Positions 25,578 through 41,133 of a stretch of 64,000 nucleotides of DNA are shown one piece after another; position 1 is the stretch's first letter; the number at the start of each line of letters is the position of its first letter. The stretch comes from Eledone cirrhosa (taxonomy: Eukaryota), in the NCBI GenBank assembly GCA_964016885.1, contig OZ024763.1, positions 18,538,001 to 18,602,000 on the forward strand. The letters are read 5' to 3'. The position numbers and the translations under genes were made by a program. The notes under the pieces are model-generated. The model did no database searches and was not told where the DNA came from. It saw nothing but the letters and a program-made list of their open reading frames with translations.

Positions 25578-25619
<42 letters not shown>

Positions 25620-25822
25620 GGAAATCAGTAAAATCGAATCTCTGACGGTTTTCAAGTGAATTCGGCCTACTTATATGAAGTGATGAGTTAACAAAGCACT
25701 CGATAAGTTAGGTCCTTAGAGTAATAACATACGTTTAAAAAGCTTGACAAATCGAACATTGTGGTAGGCTAAACTAACACACAATATGTATACCAGAGCA
25801 ACGATAGAACTAATCAGGTTGA

Positions 25823-26740
<918 letters not shown>

Positions 26741-26794
26741 TGTGTGCGTTGTGTGGTGGGTTTTTCCTATTCAGAATCCATAAACACATGCGCG

Positions 26795-26826
<32 letters not shown>

Positions 26827-27602
26827 CACACACATTAACACACACCATGACACATAAGTAGACGTTTCAGAATCCAACGGACAGGTACACGCATTACACC
26901 CTACACCTCACACTACACCTCACACTACACCACACACCTCACAACACACCACACTACACACTACACTACACACCACACACAACACATGTCTCTACCCTAA
27001 AAAAACTGAGAAGAGAAGGCGCGCATATTTGAAAGTATTCCTGAATACAGCATACCCCCCCTCTCTCTCTCTCTATATATATATATGGCTGTGTATGAGG
27101 TTGTGTTTATGTTTGTGTGTGTATTTGTGTGAGGTTATGTATGTGTGTGTGTGTGTGTGTGAGAGGTTATGTATGTATGTGTGTGTGTGTGTGTGTGTGT
27201 GTGAGGTTATGTATGTGCGTGTGTGTGTGTGAGGTTATGTATGCGTGTGTGTGTTTCTGTGTGATTATGTATGTTTATGTGTGTGAGAGGTTATGTATGT
27301 GTGTGTGTGTGTGATTATGTATGTATGTGTGAGGTTATGTATATGTGTGTGTGAGGTTATGTATGTGTGTGTGTGTGATTATGTATGTGTGTGTGTGAGG
27401 TTATGTATGTGTGTGTGTGATTATGTGTGTGTGTGTGTGATTATGTATGTATGTGTGAGGTTATGTGTGTGTGTGTGTGTGTGTGATTATGTATGTATGT
27501 GTGAGGTTATGTATATGTGTGTGTGTGATTATGTATGTGTGAGGTTATGTATGTGTGTGATTATGTATGTATGTGTGAGGTTATGTGGTGTGTGTGTGAT
27601 TA

Positions 27603-27639
<37 letters not shown>

Positions 27640-28116
27640 TTATGTATGTATGTGTGAGGTTATGTATGTGTGTGTGTGTGATTATGTATGTATGTGTGAG
27701 GTTATGTATGTGTGTGTGATTATGTGTGTGTGTGAAGTTATGTGTGACACATAGCAACGACTGACTTTGGTAGTTCTTGTATATGAGAGAGAGAGAGAGA
27801 GAGAGAAGGGTGGGGCTGGCTGAGTTTTGTGGTCTGTACATCAGACTTCATTGCCCCAGTCTAAGTCAGAGTGATAGATAGATAGAGAGGTGGGTAGTTA
27901 GGTAAAGAGAGAGAGAGATAGAGAGGGAATGAGAAAGAGAGCGACAGAGTGAGGTAAAGAGAGAGAGAGAGATGTATGTATTGTTTAAACAGGGTATCCC
28001 CCCCCCCCCCCCAAAAAAAAAATGTATACACATATTTATTAGAATACTGTTGAAGTGTGTATACAATTTCTCGGACACCCTATATATATATATATATATA
28101 TATATACATACACACA

Positions 28117-28148
<32 letters not shown>

Positions 28149-28318
28149 ATATTATATATATATATTATATATATATATATATATATAATATATATATATA
28201 GAGAGAGTGGGGGAGTAAAAGACAAGGGAGGATATAGAAATTGATACAGAGATAGTTAAATACACAGAGACAGGTAGACATATATATATATATATATAGA
28301 GAGAGAGATTTATAGTGA

Positions 28319-28448
<130 letters not shown>

Positions 28449-28680
28449 ATATATAGAGAGACACACAGAGATAGGGACAGGGAAAAGTGGTATAATATCC
28501 AGTAAGTATTAGGGGTTAGTATTTGTTATTTCAGGCAGCCCCTAACCCCTAACACTGTCTTACTAAGGGGCTCTGCTTTCTTTTTGTCCCAGCTTTTTCT
28601 TTCTTATACTTTGTCTTCCATTCTTGTTGGTTAGAGACAGTAGATAACACTAGATATAGCAATATCACACACACACACAT

Positions 28681-28721
<41 letters not shown>

Positions 28722-28847
28722 TACACACATATATACACACATATATATAGACACATACATACACTATATATATAGACACATACATACACTACATATATAC
28801 ACTACATATATAGACACATACACTATATATATGTAGATCGATACATA

Positions 28848-28905
<58 letters not shown>

Positions 28906-29175
28906 TCATACAGACACACCGAGACAAACACTACATATATACACTCATGGGCACACATACACACACGCATATAAATTAGGACAGAAAGCTTTCAGACAGA
29001 CATATACCATATATATATATATACAGGATATATATATATATATGTAAGAGTTCTATTTAAATTGTTGGGATACAACAAGCAAATATTTTTATAACTGATA
29101 TAAAGCACTCAACAAATATTTGGAGTAAAAATATGATATATTAACAAATGGAAACTATATTTATAAAACCATATT

Positions 29176-29240
29176 TATTTCATTATACATATTTCAAGGA
29201 CACCAAGTTAAATTATGGTCTCCATTCATCAGATAAAATA
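29176..29240 (-). ncRNA. Type-I hammerhead (left arm of inverted pair 29145-29402)
   Basis: UAUUUUAU CUGAUGA AUGGAGACCA..UGGUGUCCUU GAAA UAUGUA UA^AUGAAAUA. Confidence 0.65.
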
Positions 29241-29307
29241 TAATATAGAGCATGGTCGCATTCTTTAAGGGTATGTCAATATTTATTTATAAAACTGCTC
29301 TATATTA

Positions 29308-29372
29308 TATTTTATCTGATGAAAGCACACCATAATTTAACTTGGTGTCCTTGAAATATGTATAATGAAATA
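29308..29372 (+). ncRNA. Type-I hammerhead (right arm of inverted pair)
   Basis: UAUUUUAU CUGAUGA AAGC ACACCA..UGGUGU CCUU GAAA UAUGUA UA^AUGAAAUA. Confidence 0.78.
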
Positions 29373-29408
29373 AATATGGTTTTATAAATATAGTTTCCAT
29401 TTAATTTC

Positions 29409-29454
<46 letters not shown>

Positions 29455-29573
29455 GCACATACATACATGCACACCCAAGGTTATATACACATTCCAGTAC
29501 GGTTATATACACATTCGCACACGAACAACGCTCCTTAATTCACTAACACACATAGACACATACAACCCTTATT

Positions 29574-29651
<78 letters not shown>

Positions 29652-29700
29652 TAAACACATAATCTTATGTATATATAGTCAGTATTTCTCTCTGTGTTCA

Positions 29701-29740
<40 letters not shown>

Positions 29741-29847
29741 CACAACTCTCATTGACACACATTTACACATTTACACACCTATATATATATATACGTAGAT
29801 TTTCTGTATGTATACACACACACATATATATACACACACATATATAC

Positions 29848-29930
<83 letters not shown>

Positions 29931-30065
29931 TATACATACACACACACACATATACACACGTTTATATATATATATTTACACCCACCCACACACCCATACA
30001 TATATATATATATATACACACATACACACACATATATATACTATACACACACACACATATATATA

Positions 30066-30104
<39 letters not shown>

Positions 30105-30239
30105 TATATGACATCCTATTCTCTGTTTTAGGAAGGAAAAAGGTAAATAAAATGAAGGTTTAATTTATTACCAGAGCTACTTAACATTACAAGTGTTTGA
30201 TTGCTAAGACTTTATATATTTATATTATTGGTTCCTACT

Positions 30240-31125
30240 TGTCATCCTGGATCCAACACACCTTAGGATCAAAGAAGGGATTTATGCAGTGGGAAAAAAC
30301 TGATAAGGACTAGATCAGATGTGAAATCTAGGCCTCTGGGTCCCATGCCATCCTGGATCCAACAGACCTTAGGATCAAAGAAGGGATTTACGCAGTGGGA
30401 AAAAACTGATAAGGACTAGATCAGATGTGAAATTTAGAACTCTGGGTCCCATGCCATCCTGGATCCAACAGACCTTAGGATCAAAGAAGGGATTTATTCC
30501 AGTGGGAAAAAACTAAAGGCTAGCCCAGATGTGAAATCTAGGCCTCTGGGTCCCATGTCAACCTGGATCCAACAGACCTTAGGATCAAAGAAGGGATTTA
30601 TTCCAGTGGGAAAAAACTAAGGGCTAGCCCAGATGTGAAATCTAGGCCTCTGGGTTCCATGTCAACCTGGATCCAACAGACCTTAGGATCAAAGAAGGGA
30701 TTTATTCCAGTGGGAAAAAACTAAGGGCTAGCCCAGATGTGAAATCTAGGCCTCTGGGTCCCATGTCAACCTGGATCCAACAGACCTTAGGATCAAAGAA
30801 GGGATTTATTCCAGTGGGAAAAAACTAAGGGCTAGCCTAGATGTGAAATCTAGGCCTCTGGGTCCCATGTCAACCTGGATCCAACAGACCTTAGGATCAA
30901 AGAAGGGATTTATTCCAGTGGGAAAAAACTAAGGGCTAGCCCAGATGTGAAATCTAGGCCTCTGGGTCCCATGTCATTCTTGATCCAACAGACCTTGCCA
31001 TCAAATAAGGGATTTATTCCAGTGCTAGCCCAGATGTGAAGGTAGGCCTATGGGTCCCTTGTCATCCTTGATCCAACAGACCTAAGGATAAAAAAAGGGA
31101 TTTATTCCAGTGGGAAAAACCAACT
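30240..31125. repeat. ~104-bp tandem repeat, ~8.5 copies
   Basis: Unit ggatccaacagaccttaggatcaaagaagggatttattccagtgggaaaaaactaagggctagcccagatgtgaaatctaggcctctgggtcccatgtcaacct. Confidence 0.9.
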
Positions 31126-31147
31126 CGTTGATAAGGATCAGGTCAAA

Positions 31148-31432
31148 TGTGAAATGTAGGTAACACCAGATCTGGTAGTAATAAACCCAGGTCAGATGAG
31201 AAATGTACGTAACACCAGATCTGGTAGTAATAAACCCAGGTGTGATGAGAAATGTACGTAACACCAGATCTGGTAGTAATAAACCCAGGTTAGATGTGAA
31301 ATGTACGTAACACCAAATCTGGTAGTAATAAACCCAGGTGAGATGTGAAATGTACGTAACACCAGATCTGGTAGTAATAAACCCAGGTGAGATGTGAAAT
31401 GTACGTAACACCAGATCTGGTAGTAATGAACC
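31148..31432. repeat. ~49-bp tandem repeat, 6 copies
   Basis: Unit aaatgtacgtaacaccagatctggtagtaataaacccaggtgagatgtg. Confidence 0.9.
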
Positions 31433-31563
31433 TAATATGACTTTGTATTTTTGCATCCATGTGTCTGTTTTGTCTATTCTTGCAATATATATATATATAT
31501 GTCCCAAGGCTCTAAAACCATCAACACCATAAACACAGAGCTGGCATATCTAAGAACTGACTA

Positions 31564-31619
31564 ACTGCCTGATGAGGTCATAGCCATTCAATAGCTATCA
31601 TCGAAATATATATAGCAGT
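31564..31619 (+). ncRNA. Type-I hammerhead ribozyme
   Basis: ACUGC CUGAUGA GGU C AUAGC cauucaaua GCUAU C AUC GAAA UAUAUA UA^GCAGU, followed by AAUAAA. Confidence 0.85.
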
Positions 31620-31660
31620 AAATAAAGGATTATGAGTTCATGCAATTGACTTATGTTTCG

Positions 31661-31703
<43 letters not shown>

Positions 31704-31912
31704 TTTAGTACAGCATAGACGAAGCTCTAGTATACGGCCAAGCTAGCGTGTATGCTTATTCGGTTTGTAGCTTTAGCACTCAGATGAGGTAAGACCCCAG
31801 AGTATAACATTATGTTCAGACAGCTTAGCAAATTAGATATAGCGGTCGGCAGTCCAGCTGCATCACTAGAGCAACGAAAATACAGGACCCAGGTAAAGAT
31901 TTATTATTTTTT

Positions 31913-31985
<73 letters not shown>

Positions 31986-32103
31986 GTTGGTTATTCAACA
32001 AATTTATTTATAATAGATTCGAAGCACTCTACAGGTTTTCTGGAGTATAATATCAATGATATTAATAAATGGAAACTATATTTATAATATTTATTAATAT
32101 CAT

Positions 32104-32152
<49 letters not shown>

Positions 32153-32199
32153 CACATACACACAAGAAACGAAGCGAGCTATATGGTTACTGTAAACAA

Positions 32200-32360
32200 A
32201 GTTTAAGATGGTAATATGTTCGAAACAAGAGAAGAAATCCTTCATCAGCTGTTAACTGCAGATCATAGATGTTTCGGCGCTTAAAAAACATCTATGATCT
32301 ACAGTTAACAGCTGATGAAGGATTTCTTCTCTTGTTTCGTCCATATTACCATCTTAAACT
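32200..32360. repeat. Fold-back inverted repeat with CUGAUGA in each arm (degenerate HHR-like)
   Basis: Arms agtttaagatggtaatatg..atcatagatgttt / aaacatctatgat..catattaccatcttaaact. Confidence 0.8.
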
Positions 32361-32418
32361 ATATATATATATATATACACACACACACATACATATACAT
32401 ATATATATATTTGTCCAG

Positions 32419-32503
32419 GTGCCTGAATGAAGGTCCGATTTAAAAGTGTCTCCTCCATTATACAGTGGTGGCCATGACAGGACCCCGAAACCAATGGTTA
32501 CAC
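32419..32503 (+). ncRNA. Hammerhead-like motif with a CUGAAUGA core variant
   Basis: GUGC CUGAAUGA AGGUCC ... GGACCCC GAAA CC aau GG UU ACAC. Confidence 0.5.
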
Positions 32504-32798
32504 ATACATGTTAAGTGTATGAAACTTTGTTTACACTAAATAAACTCTCTTTCAACCGATTGAGCACTATTTTCCTTGATCTTTCATCTACGGATTTCCA
32601 TTATATATATATAGATATATATATACTTTTCAATGTAGTCTACCCTTCGTGGTAGGGTCTCATACCGTAGATAGAACTCAATGTAATCTAAGTCAGTCAA
32701 TATGTCAATATGATCATCCTTCCGAAACGATCGTAAAACAATGATATGAATAGGTAAAATAATTTGACTTTGTTATTATTTCCATTGTTAAATTAATA

Positions 32799-32850
<52 letters not shown>

Positions 32851-33367
32851 TATGTCTCATTTGAAATAATACAGCCAATTTTCCACGCAATACTTTTAGT
32901 TAGCACCCCGAACACATAATTGGGAATATAATCACTTATTTCCTAATGTTTGTTGAGTGAGTTGGAATTTGGCCGGAGTATCGCTAAAAAGCTTTCTCCG
33001 ATATTGTATTTATTTATATATATATATATATAAACACTTTTTTTTTTACATGGGAGTAAAAGGCCCCCCCAGTTGTTGTCACAAAACCTTTCTAAGAGAG
33101 GGAAACTCTAAAAAAAAACCTGCGGCTTCGGAAGCATCCGATGATGTTGACCAGTTCTCCTCTTCGGGCAGTGTTTTCGATGCTCAGACAGTGGGATTGG
33201 TCGAGTGCAAAACTTTTCCCCACTTGAAAAAAACCCTTCAAATCACAGGCATTGCTTGTTCAGGATCTGTTACAGGTTCGTGCGGCTGGCCATACATAGC
33301 TTAAAAGTGCACCATTTTCGGTAACCCGACAAGCGATTGCAGTACTCTTAGCAGAGTTTGCAGCCAT

Positions 33368-33404
<37 letters not shown>

Positions 33405-33517
33405 TAAGATAAGCAGAACAAGCAAAATTCAACCAATTTAAAAAAAAAAATAAAAAAATATAATTTAAATATATATTTCCAGGGGTACTTAGTACCCACG
33501 GGCCTATTAATTTCTTC

Positions 33518-33561
<44 letters not shown>

Positions 33562-33774
33562 CGACTTTCGTCAAATCGGACCGAGGAAACAATGTTTCCG
33601 TTGGTCTTTCCAATTGCTAATACTATCTATCGGTCGCAACTCCAGGTAGAAGGAGCAACGTGAAATAAAGTGTTTTGCTCAAGATCTAACGCATCGCCTG
33701 GTCCAGGAATCGAACTGACAACCTCACGATTGCGAATCCAGTTCTCTAACCAATCAGCCACACGTCTTCGCACG

Positions 33775-34088
<314 letters not shown>

Positions 34089-34426
34089 GAACATCTTATA
34101 CATTGAAGGGTAGATCCTAATAAAGTAATATAAAAAGGAACACTTCACAAGCATTTTTCGCTAGAGATATAGTCTTAGTTTAGCAACCTAAAGCTAGAAG
34201 ACTTCACTACACGTATTGGTGTAATGGTTAACACAGTGTTCATGATAGCTAAAGATGTGCGTTCGTGTCCCATGTACGTCATTGCTCATCCTTTTCCCAC
34301 TCTGTGGGGTTTTATGACTCCAATTATTAGGTTAATTTACTTAGTCAAAAATACGGCGGAAGCTCTATTTCACTATCTAACACACACACACACGCACACA
34401 CACACACACACACACAGACACACACA

Positions 34427-34477
<51 letters not shown>

Positions 34478-34486
34478 ACACATATA

Positions 34487-34697
34487 GGAGAAAGTATGAC
34501 CCCCGACGGCAGAGCTCAAGCCGTTTCGACGGCTATTTCTGGACTAAAGTGCAGACTTTAGTCCAGAAATATCCGTCGAAACGGCTTGAGCTCTGCCGTC
34601 GGGGGTCATACTTTCTCCTATTACCCACTCTACTACCCTAAGTATTGAGTACTCTGGTGCGTTATGGTCCATCTGGTTCCTTACCACAACTCCTTCG

Positions 34698-34700
<3 letters not shown>
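34487..34700 (+). mobile_element. CCCCGACGGC fold-back element (longest hairpin of the family)
   Basis: Apex tctggactaaagt-gcag-actttagtccaga plus the family tail. Confidence 0.75.
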
Positions 34701-34746
<46 letters not shown>

Positions 34747-35043
34747 GATAAATCTACCAAAAGTTTACGGTAGTGTCCAATCCGTATGAAGAACTCAATG
34801 TAATTCGGATATCATGAAAAGAGAAGATGCATTCAAAAACTACTTTCGGTGAAAAATAAACGGAAAACAGAGTCAAGATAAATTATTAAAAAAATAATGA
34901 ATAAACAAAGAAACAGTTCCTTATATTAAACAAAAAAATCGTAAAATAATGAACTTTTTTTGTTTAATATAAGGAACTGTTTCTTTGTTTATTCATTATT
35001 TTTTTAATAATTTATATATATGTATATATATATATATATAATG

Positions 35044-35110
<67 letters not shown>

Positions 35111-35139
35111 GGAATATATATATATATATATATATAATG

Positions 35140-35178
<39 letters not shown>

Positions 35179-35179
35179 G

Positions 35180-35212
<33 letters not shown>

Positions 35213-35213
35213 G

Positions 35214-35282
<69 letters not shown>

Positions 35283-35283
35283 G

Positions 35284-35318
<35 letters not shown>

Positions 35319-35319
35319 G

Positions 35320-35365
<46 letters not shown>

Positions 35366-35582
35366 AATACTGCTGGCTTTTTGCTACAATGTTTTCTATA
35401 CCTTTCATTTATATATATAGCATGGCTTCTGCCTGATGGCTGGAACAGGTAAAAGGGTATATATACATATATATATACATATATACACATATACACATAT
35501 ATATATATACATATATACACAAATATATATATATGAAAGACGTAAAATAAGAAAATTATAAAAATTAACTTACTAAAATTTC

Positions 35583-35664
35583 ACTCCAACTAATTAGTTT
35601 CTGAAAGGGAATAAACATGGTTTCCGAATGGAACGCATGGAGAAACCTTTCGTCATCAGGAAGT
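35583..35664 (-). ncRNA. Hammerhead motif with a long stem II loop
   Basis: ACUUC CUGAUGA C GAAAGG ... CCUUUC A GAAAC UAAUUA GUU^GGAGU; palindromic stem III, with a C-A mismatch at the base of stem II. Confidence 0.65.
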
Positions 35665-36033
35665 TCGTTCTCAGTTAAGTTACCAGGCGATGCGTGGACA
35701 CAGGGAACTTATACAAAAATAATTCAGTGGATGGAAAAAAGCAAGCATGGACTAAATTCCAAGACATTGAAAAAAATCACTGCCTACTTGGTCGGTGGCA
35801 AATTCAAAAGAATCAATCACGTGACATCGAGGTTAATCAGTGAGGAGTGGGGTGTTAAAAAGACAGTGGCCGAGGCATTACTATGAACTATAGTAGCAGT
35901 TTATAATTGTTCTGCAGTTTATAATTGTTCTGCATCCCCTTGCATTGAACCACAAAGTTACTAAGACAAACCTATATATTTGCTAGCATAGGTATGCATC
36001 TGTATATATATGTTGGTAGATATACTAATTCTT

Positions 36034-36089
<56 letters not shown>

Positions 36090-36309
36090 AGTTATCCCCA
36101 AAAATGTATACACATTTTGATTACCTGCACAGGCAATATTTATTAGAATGCACAGCCTTGTGTATACAATGTTAGCCCCCCCCCCTCTCTATGTGTTTGT
36201 GTGTTTGTGTGTATATGATTGAATTTACGAAGGATTGGGAAATTTTAAAATATAGCCTCTAGAATGCATATAACTATTATTATAGTTATCGGCATACATA
36301 ATAAGTATA

Positions 36310-36540
36310 TACATACTGAGAGTACAAGACTTCCCACTGGACAGGACGCCAGTCCATCACAGGGTTAAACCCCCAGATATTGCTGCTGCTGCTACTCATT
36401 TTCAGCTGAGTATACTGGAGCAACATGAAATGAAGTGTCTTGCTCAAGGCCACAACAGATAACGCAGCCCAGGAATCGAACCCACGACATTATGATTGTA
36501 AGTCCAACACTCTTACCACAAGGCCACGTGCCTCCACTGT
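36310..36540 (-). mobile_element. tRNA-derived SINE (family B-related)
   Basis: Minus strand: ggaggcacgtggccttgtggtaagagtg..gggttcgattcctggg..ccttgagcaagacacttcatttca. Confidence 0.8.
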
Positions 36541-37194
36541 AATAAACACACACACACACGCACGCACTATGAGATGATATGACACAGTCTAATGAATCAT
36601 TAACAACTGTGGAATAGCAAGAATTACAGCAGAAATTATTGTTAGATGGACTAGAAGAAGAAGAGAGAGAGGGGGAAGTAGGGTGGGGGCGGGGGAAAGA
36701 GAGGGGGGAGGGGTTGGTAGGTTGGGAGAGAGAGGGGGAGAGAGAGAGAAAGGGTGGGGGAGGTAGGTAGGTAGGGAGGGAGAGAGTGACTCACTCAACA
36801 CAGTAAATAGTTTTACTTTAGCTGACAAACAAAGCTAAAACACTTCCCGTTGAGCCCATCCTCCTCCACCAACACTTTCTTGTTAATCACACATTCAATG
36901 TTATATCTAGCCCTCCTCTCTCTCTCTCTTTCCCTACCCCACCATTCTTTGGAAGAACTCTGCTATATTTAGCACCACCAGTTTTAAAATGCCCAAGACA
37001 TTCCGCTACAATTGTAACTCAGTTGGGAGTTGAGGGTCCTTTCTTTCCAAGCCTTGTTAGGGACTTTCAGTGTTTATTTTAGGTTTTGCAGTCTGAAGAG
37101 CTCAGGCTGTCTTAACTGCCAGTCCTCAGTGAAATATGTATAACGGAGTTTTAAATAAACCTGAATCAACTGAATATGATCTCCGATCTTTTAC

Positions 37195-37280
<86 letters not shown>

Positions 37281-37497
37281 ACACACACACAGACACAGAC
37301 ACAGACACACAGACACAGACACACAGACACAGACACACAGACACACACACAGACACACAGACACACACACACACACGCACACACACAGACACACAGACAC
37401 AGACACACAGACACAGACACACAGACACAGACACAGACACACACACACACACAGACACAGACACAGACACAGACACACAGACACAGACACACAGGAA

Positions 37498-37845
37498 CTT
37501 GTATGACCCCGACGGCAGAGCTCAAGCCGTTTCGACGGCTATTTCTGTCGAAACGGCTTGAGCTCTGCCGTCGGGGGTCATACATTTTCCTATTACCCAC
37601 TCTACTACCTTAAGTATTGAGTACTCTGGTGCGTTATGGTCCATCTGGTTCCTTATCACAACTCCTTCGTTATCTAGCTCCTATATATATATATATATAT
37701 GTATATATATGGGAAACGTGTCAGGACCTCGACGGCTGAGCTCCGGCCGTTCGGATCTAGCTGTCGAAACGGCCGGAGCTCAGCCGTCGGGGTCCTGACC
37801 CTTTTCCTATTACCCACTCTACTACCCTAAGTATCGAGTACTCTA
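37498..37845 (+). mobile_element. Two consecutive CCCCGACGGC fold-back elements
   Basis: Hairpin plus tail at 37498-37672 and at 37710-37845. Confidence 0.75.
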
Positions 37846-37849
37846 GCGA

Positions 37850-38772
37850 GTCCTGTCAGAAACACCCGTCGACGGCTGGATCCGCAAGCGAGACCAGCCA
37901 AACTCATGGATGTTATCCAACCACCTTGCTCAAGTTCTTCCCCTGAGCCTCCTGCTGGTTGGTTTCGCCCTTAAAATCTATCCAGTGATTCTTTCCTGAT
38001 ACATTCTAACCACATGCCCATAGTATCAGAGTTGTGATCTCTCAATTTGGAGAAGTAGCAGCTCTACCTGGAGTGACTCTTTGAGCTCCGAGTTACAAAT
38101 CTATCCAGTGATTCTTTCCTGATACATTCTAACCACATACCCATAGTATCAGAGTTGTGATCTCTCAATTTGGAGAAGTAGCAGCTCTACCTGGAGTGAC
38201 TCTCTGATCTCCGAGTTACAAATCTATCCAGTGATTCTTTCCTGATACATTCTAACCACATACCCATAGTATCGGAGCTATGATCTCTCAATTTGGAGAA
38301 GTAGCAGCTCTACCTGGAGTGACTCTCTGATCTCCGAGTTACAAATCTATCCAGTGATTCTTTCCTGATACATTCTAACCACATGCCCATAGTATCAGAG
38401 TTGTGATCTCTCAATTTGGAGAAGTAGCAGCTCTACCTGGAGTGACTCTCTGATCTCCGAGTTACAAATCTATCCAGTGATTCTTTCTTGATACATTCTA
38501 ACCACATGCCCATAGTATCGGAGCTGTGATCTCTCAATTTGGAGAAGTAGCAGCTCTACCTGGAGTGACTCTCTGATCTCCGAGTTACAAATCTATCCAG
38601 TGATTCTTTCCTGATACATTCTAACCACATGCCCATAGTATCGGAGCTGTGATCTCTCAATTCGGAGAAGTAGCAGCTCTACCTTGAGTGACTCTCTGAT
38701 CTCCGAGCTACGCACTTTATCAAGTAACATTACTCCACAGACCCTTCGGAAGAATCCCCATTTCGGCCAGTT
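37850..38772 (-). mobile_element. RTE-related fragment with an internal 123-bp tandem array (6 copies, 37974-38711)
   Basis: Encodes GFFRRVCGVMLLDKVRSSEIRESLKVELLLLRIERSQLRYYGHVVRM (RTE post-RT motif); unit starts at 37974, 38097, 38220, 38343, 38466 and 38589. Confidence 0.85.
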
Positions 38773-38881
38773 GTATTCACGATCGTATTCTTTCGGCATT
38801 ATGCTCATAAGTCCAACACCTTTACCACTAGGCCACACACTATCACACAACACACGACCCAGTTCAGGAACCAAACCTACG

Positions 38882-39100
38882 ACATTGCCAGTATCGGTAG
38901 AGCGTCAGACACCATGCATTGCAGCACAGAGTTATGGCCCTTTACGTGCTGAGTTCAAATCCCGCCGAGGTGAGCGTTGCCTTTCATCCTTACAGAGTCG
39001 ATAAAATAAAGTACCAGTAATACACTGGGATCGATTCAATCGACTTTTCCCTCTCCCCACCTTCAAATTGCTGGCCTTGTGCCTAAAATAGAAACAATTA
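38882..39100 (+). mobile_element. tRNA-derived SINE family A
   Basis: cagtatcggtagagcg...gagttcaaatcccgccgagg...gcctttcatccttac. Confidence 0.85.
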
Positions 39101-39269
39101 CCGTATTTCCCGGCGCCGAAGACGCTTCGTCCTCGAGAACACACCCTAATATTGACAACCAAAAATTTGAAAAACAATAGTAAACCAACCTTCGGCCTCC
39201 AGGACGCGTGGTAGATTTTTTAGACTTATTTTAGGAAAAAAGTAGCGTCTACGACGCCGGGAAATATGG
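39101..39269. mobile_element. Tc1/mariner-superfamily (Tc2/pogo-like) MITE
   Basis: TA|CCGTATTTCCCGGCG...CGCCGGGAAATATGG|TA; a second copy at ~62976-63250 is interrupted by a SINE. Confidence 0.75.
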
Positions 39270-39426
39270 TATTTACTAACCTACACTATACAATTACCGA
39301 TTTCCCAACTCTCTCCCGTTTATCCCTCCACCCAGCCCGCTTATAAGAATTTAGGCAAATCTGCAACCCCCCCCCCCCTGCTTATCTCCCCCATTATTTG
39401 GGGCCCGACAGTAATCGTACATTTAA

Positions 39427-39817
39427 CCCTTTAGCATTTAAACCAGCCATATCTGGCCAGAATTCTTTAACCTCTTTCTGTTCAAACCGGCCATAACTGG
39501 TCGCTCATACTGATGTTAAGGTATTGTTCTCAAAATAAATAACATCAAAATCTCATAGATTCGATATTATGTGAGATAAAGCCTTTACCATGAAAATATA
39601 ATAGTATATATAGAGTAATGTGAGATATTATGTGAGATAAAGCCTTTACCATGAAAATATAATAGTATATATAGAGTAATGTGAGATATTATGTGAGATA
39701 AAGCCTTTACCATGAAAATATAATAGTATATATAGAGTAATGTGAGATATTATGTGAGATAAAGCCTTCACCATGAAAATATAATAGTATATATAGAGTA
39801 ATGTAAATGCTAAAGGG
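39427..39817. mobile_element. piggyBac-like MITE with an internal ~61-bp tandem repeat
   Basis: TTAA|CCCTTTAGCATTTA...TAAATGCTAAAGGG|TTAA. Confidence 0.8.
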
Positions 39818-40144
39818 TTAACTTGACTGTTGAATGTATTGCCTGCTGTAGATTCTTTTGGAAGGTAAATAAATGTTAAATTAGTTTAAGGTGTTTTCTG
39901 TGTTTTTCTCATAAAGTAGATCTTTAGAAGCTACTTAGCTGTGTTGCGTGAAGAGGAGGAGGGAAGGTTCTCTATCTAGCTTTGTAACATAATGTGTGTG
40001 TATGTATGTATGTATGTGTGTGTGTTTGTGTGTGTGTGTATACATATAAGCTTTAAGTACATGCTTTGTTTAGAGTGTAATAGACGCATATACATACAAA
40101 GCTAGACATGTGTCCATATATATATATATATTTATTATTATTAT

Positions 40145-40178
<34 letters not shown>

Positions 40179-40382
40179 GCACACACATCTAGGTGTTTAT
40201 GTATTTAATATATATATATATGTGTGTGCGTGTATATACCCAACATACCCATATACACACACACATATACACACACATCTAGGTGTTTATGTATTTAATA
40301 TATATATATATATGTGTGTGTGTGTTTGTGTATACATATATGTGTGCGTGTATATACCCGCACATACCCATACACACACACA

Positions 40383-40417
<35 letters not shown>

Positions 40418-40611
40418 GACAAGAAACTGGTTATGATAATTCAACCATTTACTTGCCCCACTCCCCCTTAGCCAGCCCACCCTGTCACCCATGTACGTTT
40501 GATGACATGGGGCGGGGCAATATAATATATATAGGTGGTTATATGACACACATAGCCCCCTTCCCCCCCATCACACACACGTTGAATATAAGACGTTTAC
40601 CTTCTCCTGTC

Positions 40612-41133
40612 TGTCTTCTTTTTCTTCTTTTACTTCTTCTTCTTTTCCTTCTTTTACCTCTTCTTCTTTTTGCCTTCTTCTTTGCCTTCTTCTTTGCCTC
40701 CTTCTTCTTCTTCTTCTTCTTCTTCTTCTTCTTCTTCTTCTTCTTCTTCTTCTTCTTCTTTTCCTTCTTTTCCTTCTTTTCCTTCTTCTTCTTCTTCTTC
40801 TTCTTCTTCTTCTTCTTCTTCTTTTCCTTCTTTTCCTTCTTTTCCTTCTTTGCCTTCTTCTTCTTCTTCTTCTTCTTCTTCTTCTTCTTCTTCTTCTTCT
40901 TCTTCTTCTTCTTCTTCTTTTCCTTCTTTTCCTTCTTTTCCTCCTCCTTCTTCTTCTTCTTCTTCTTCTTCTTCTTCTTCTTCTTCTTCTTCTTCTTTTC
41001 CTTCTTCTTCTTCTTCTTCTTCTTCTTTTCCTTCTTCTTCTTCTTCTTCTTCTTCTTCTTCTTCTTTTCCTTCTTTTCCTTCTTTTCCTTCTTCTTCTTC
41101 TTCTTCTTCTTCTTCTTCTTCTTCTTCTTCTTC
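40612..41133. repeat. (TTC)n/(GAA)n array, probably the expanded 3' tail of the adjacent minus-strand RTE-related element
   Basis: Directly follows ...DRTHCEECLRTLPPRRLRK on the minus strand. Confidence 0.85.

Noticed and set aside
32700-32740. GAAACGAUCGUA palindromic stem III-like sequence
   Set aside because: No recognisable CUGANGA box upstream.
35030-35370. ATGGAA motifs regularly separated by (TA)n
   Set aside because: Explained by slippage duplication of a microsatellite with one interruption.
35617-35886. 89-aa non-repetitive ORF
   Set aside because: No recognisable motif, and it is antisense to an HHR-bearing element.
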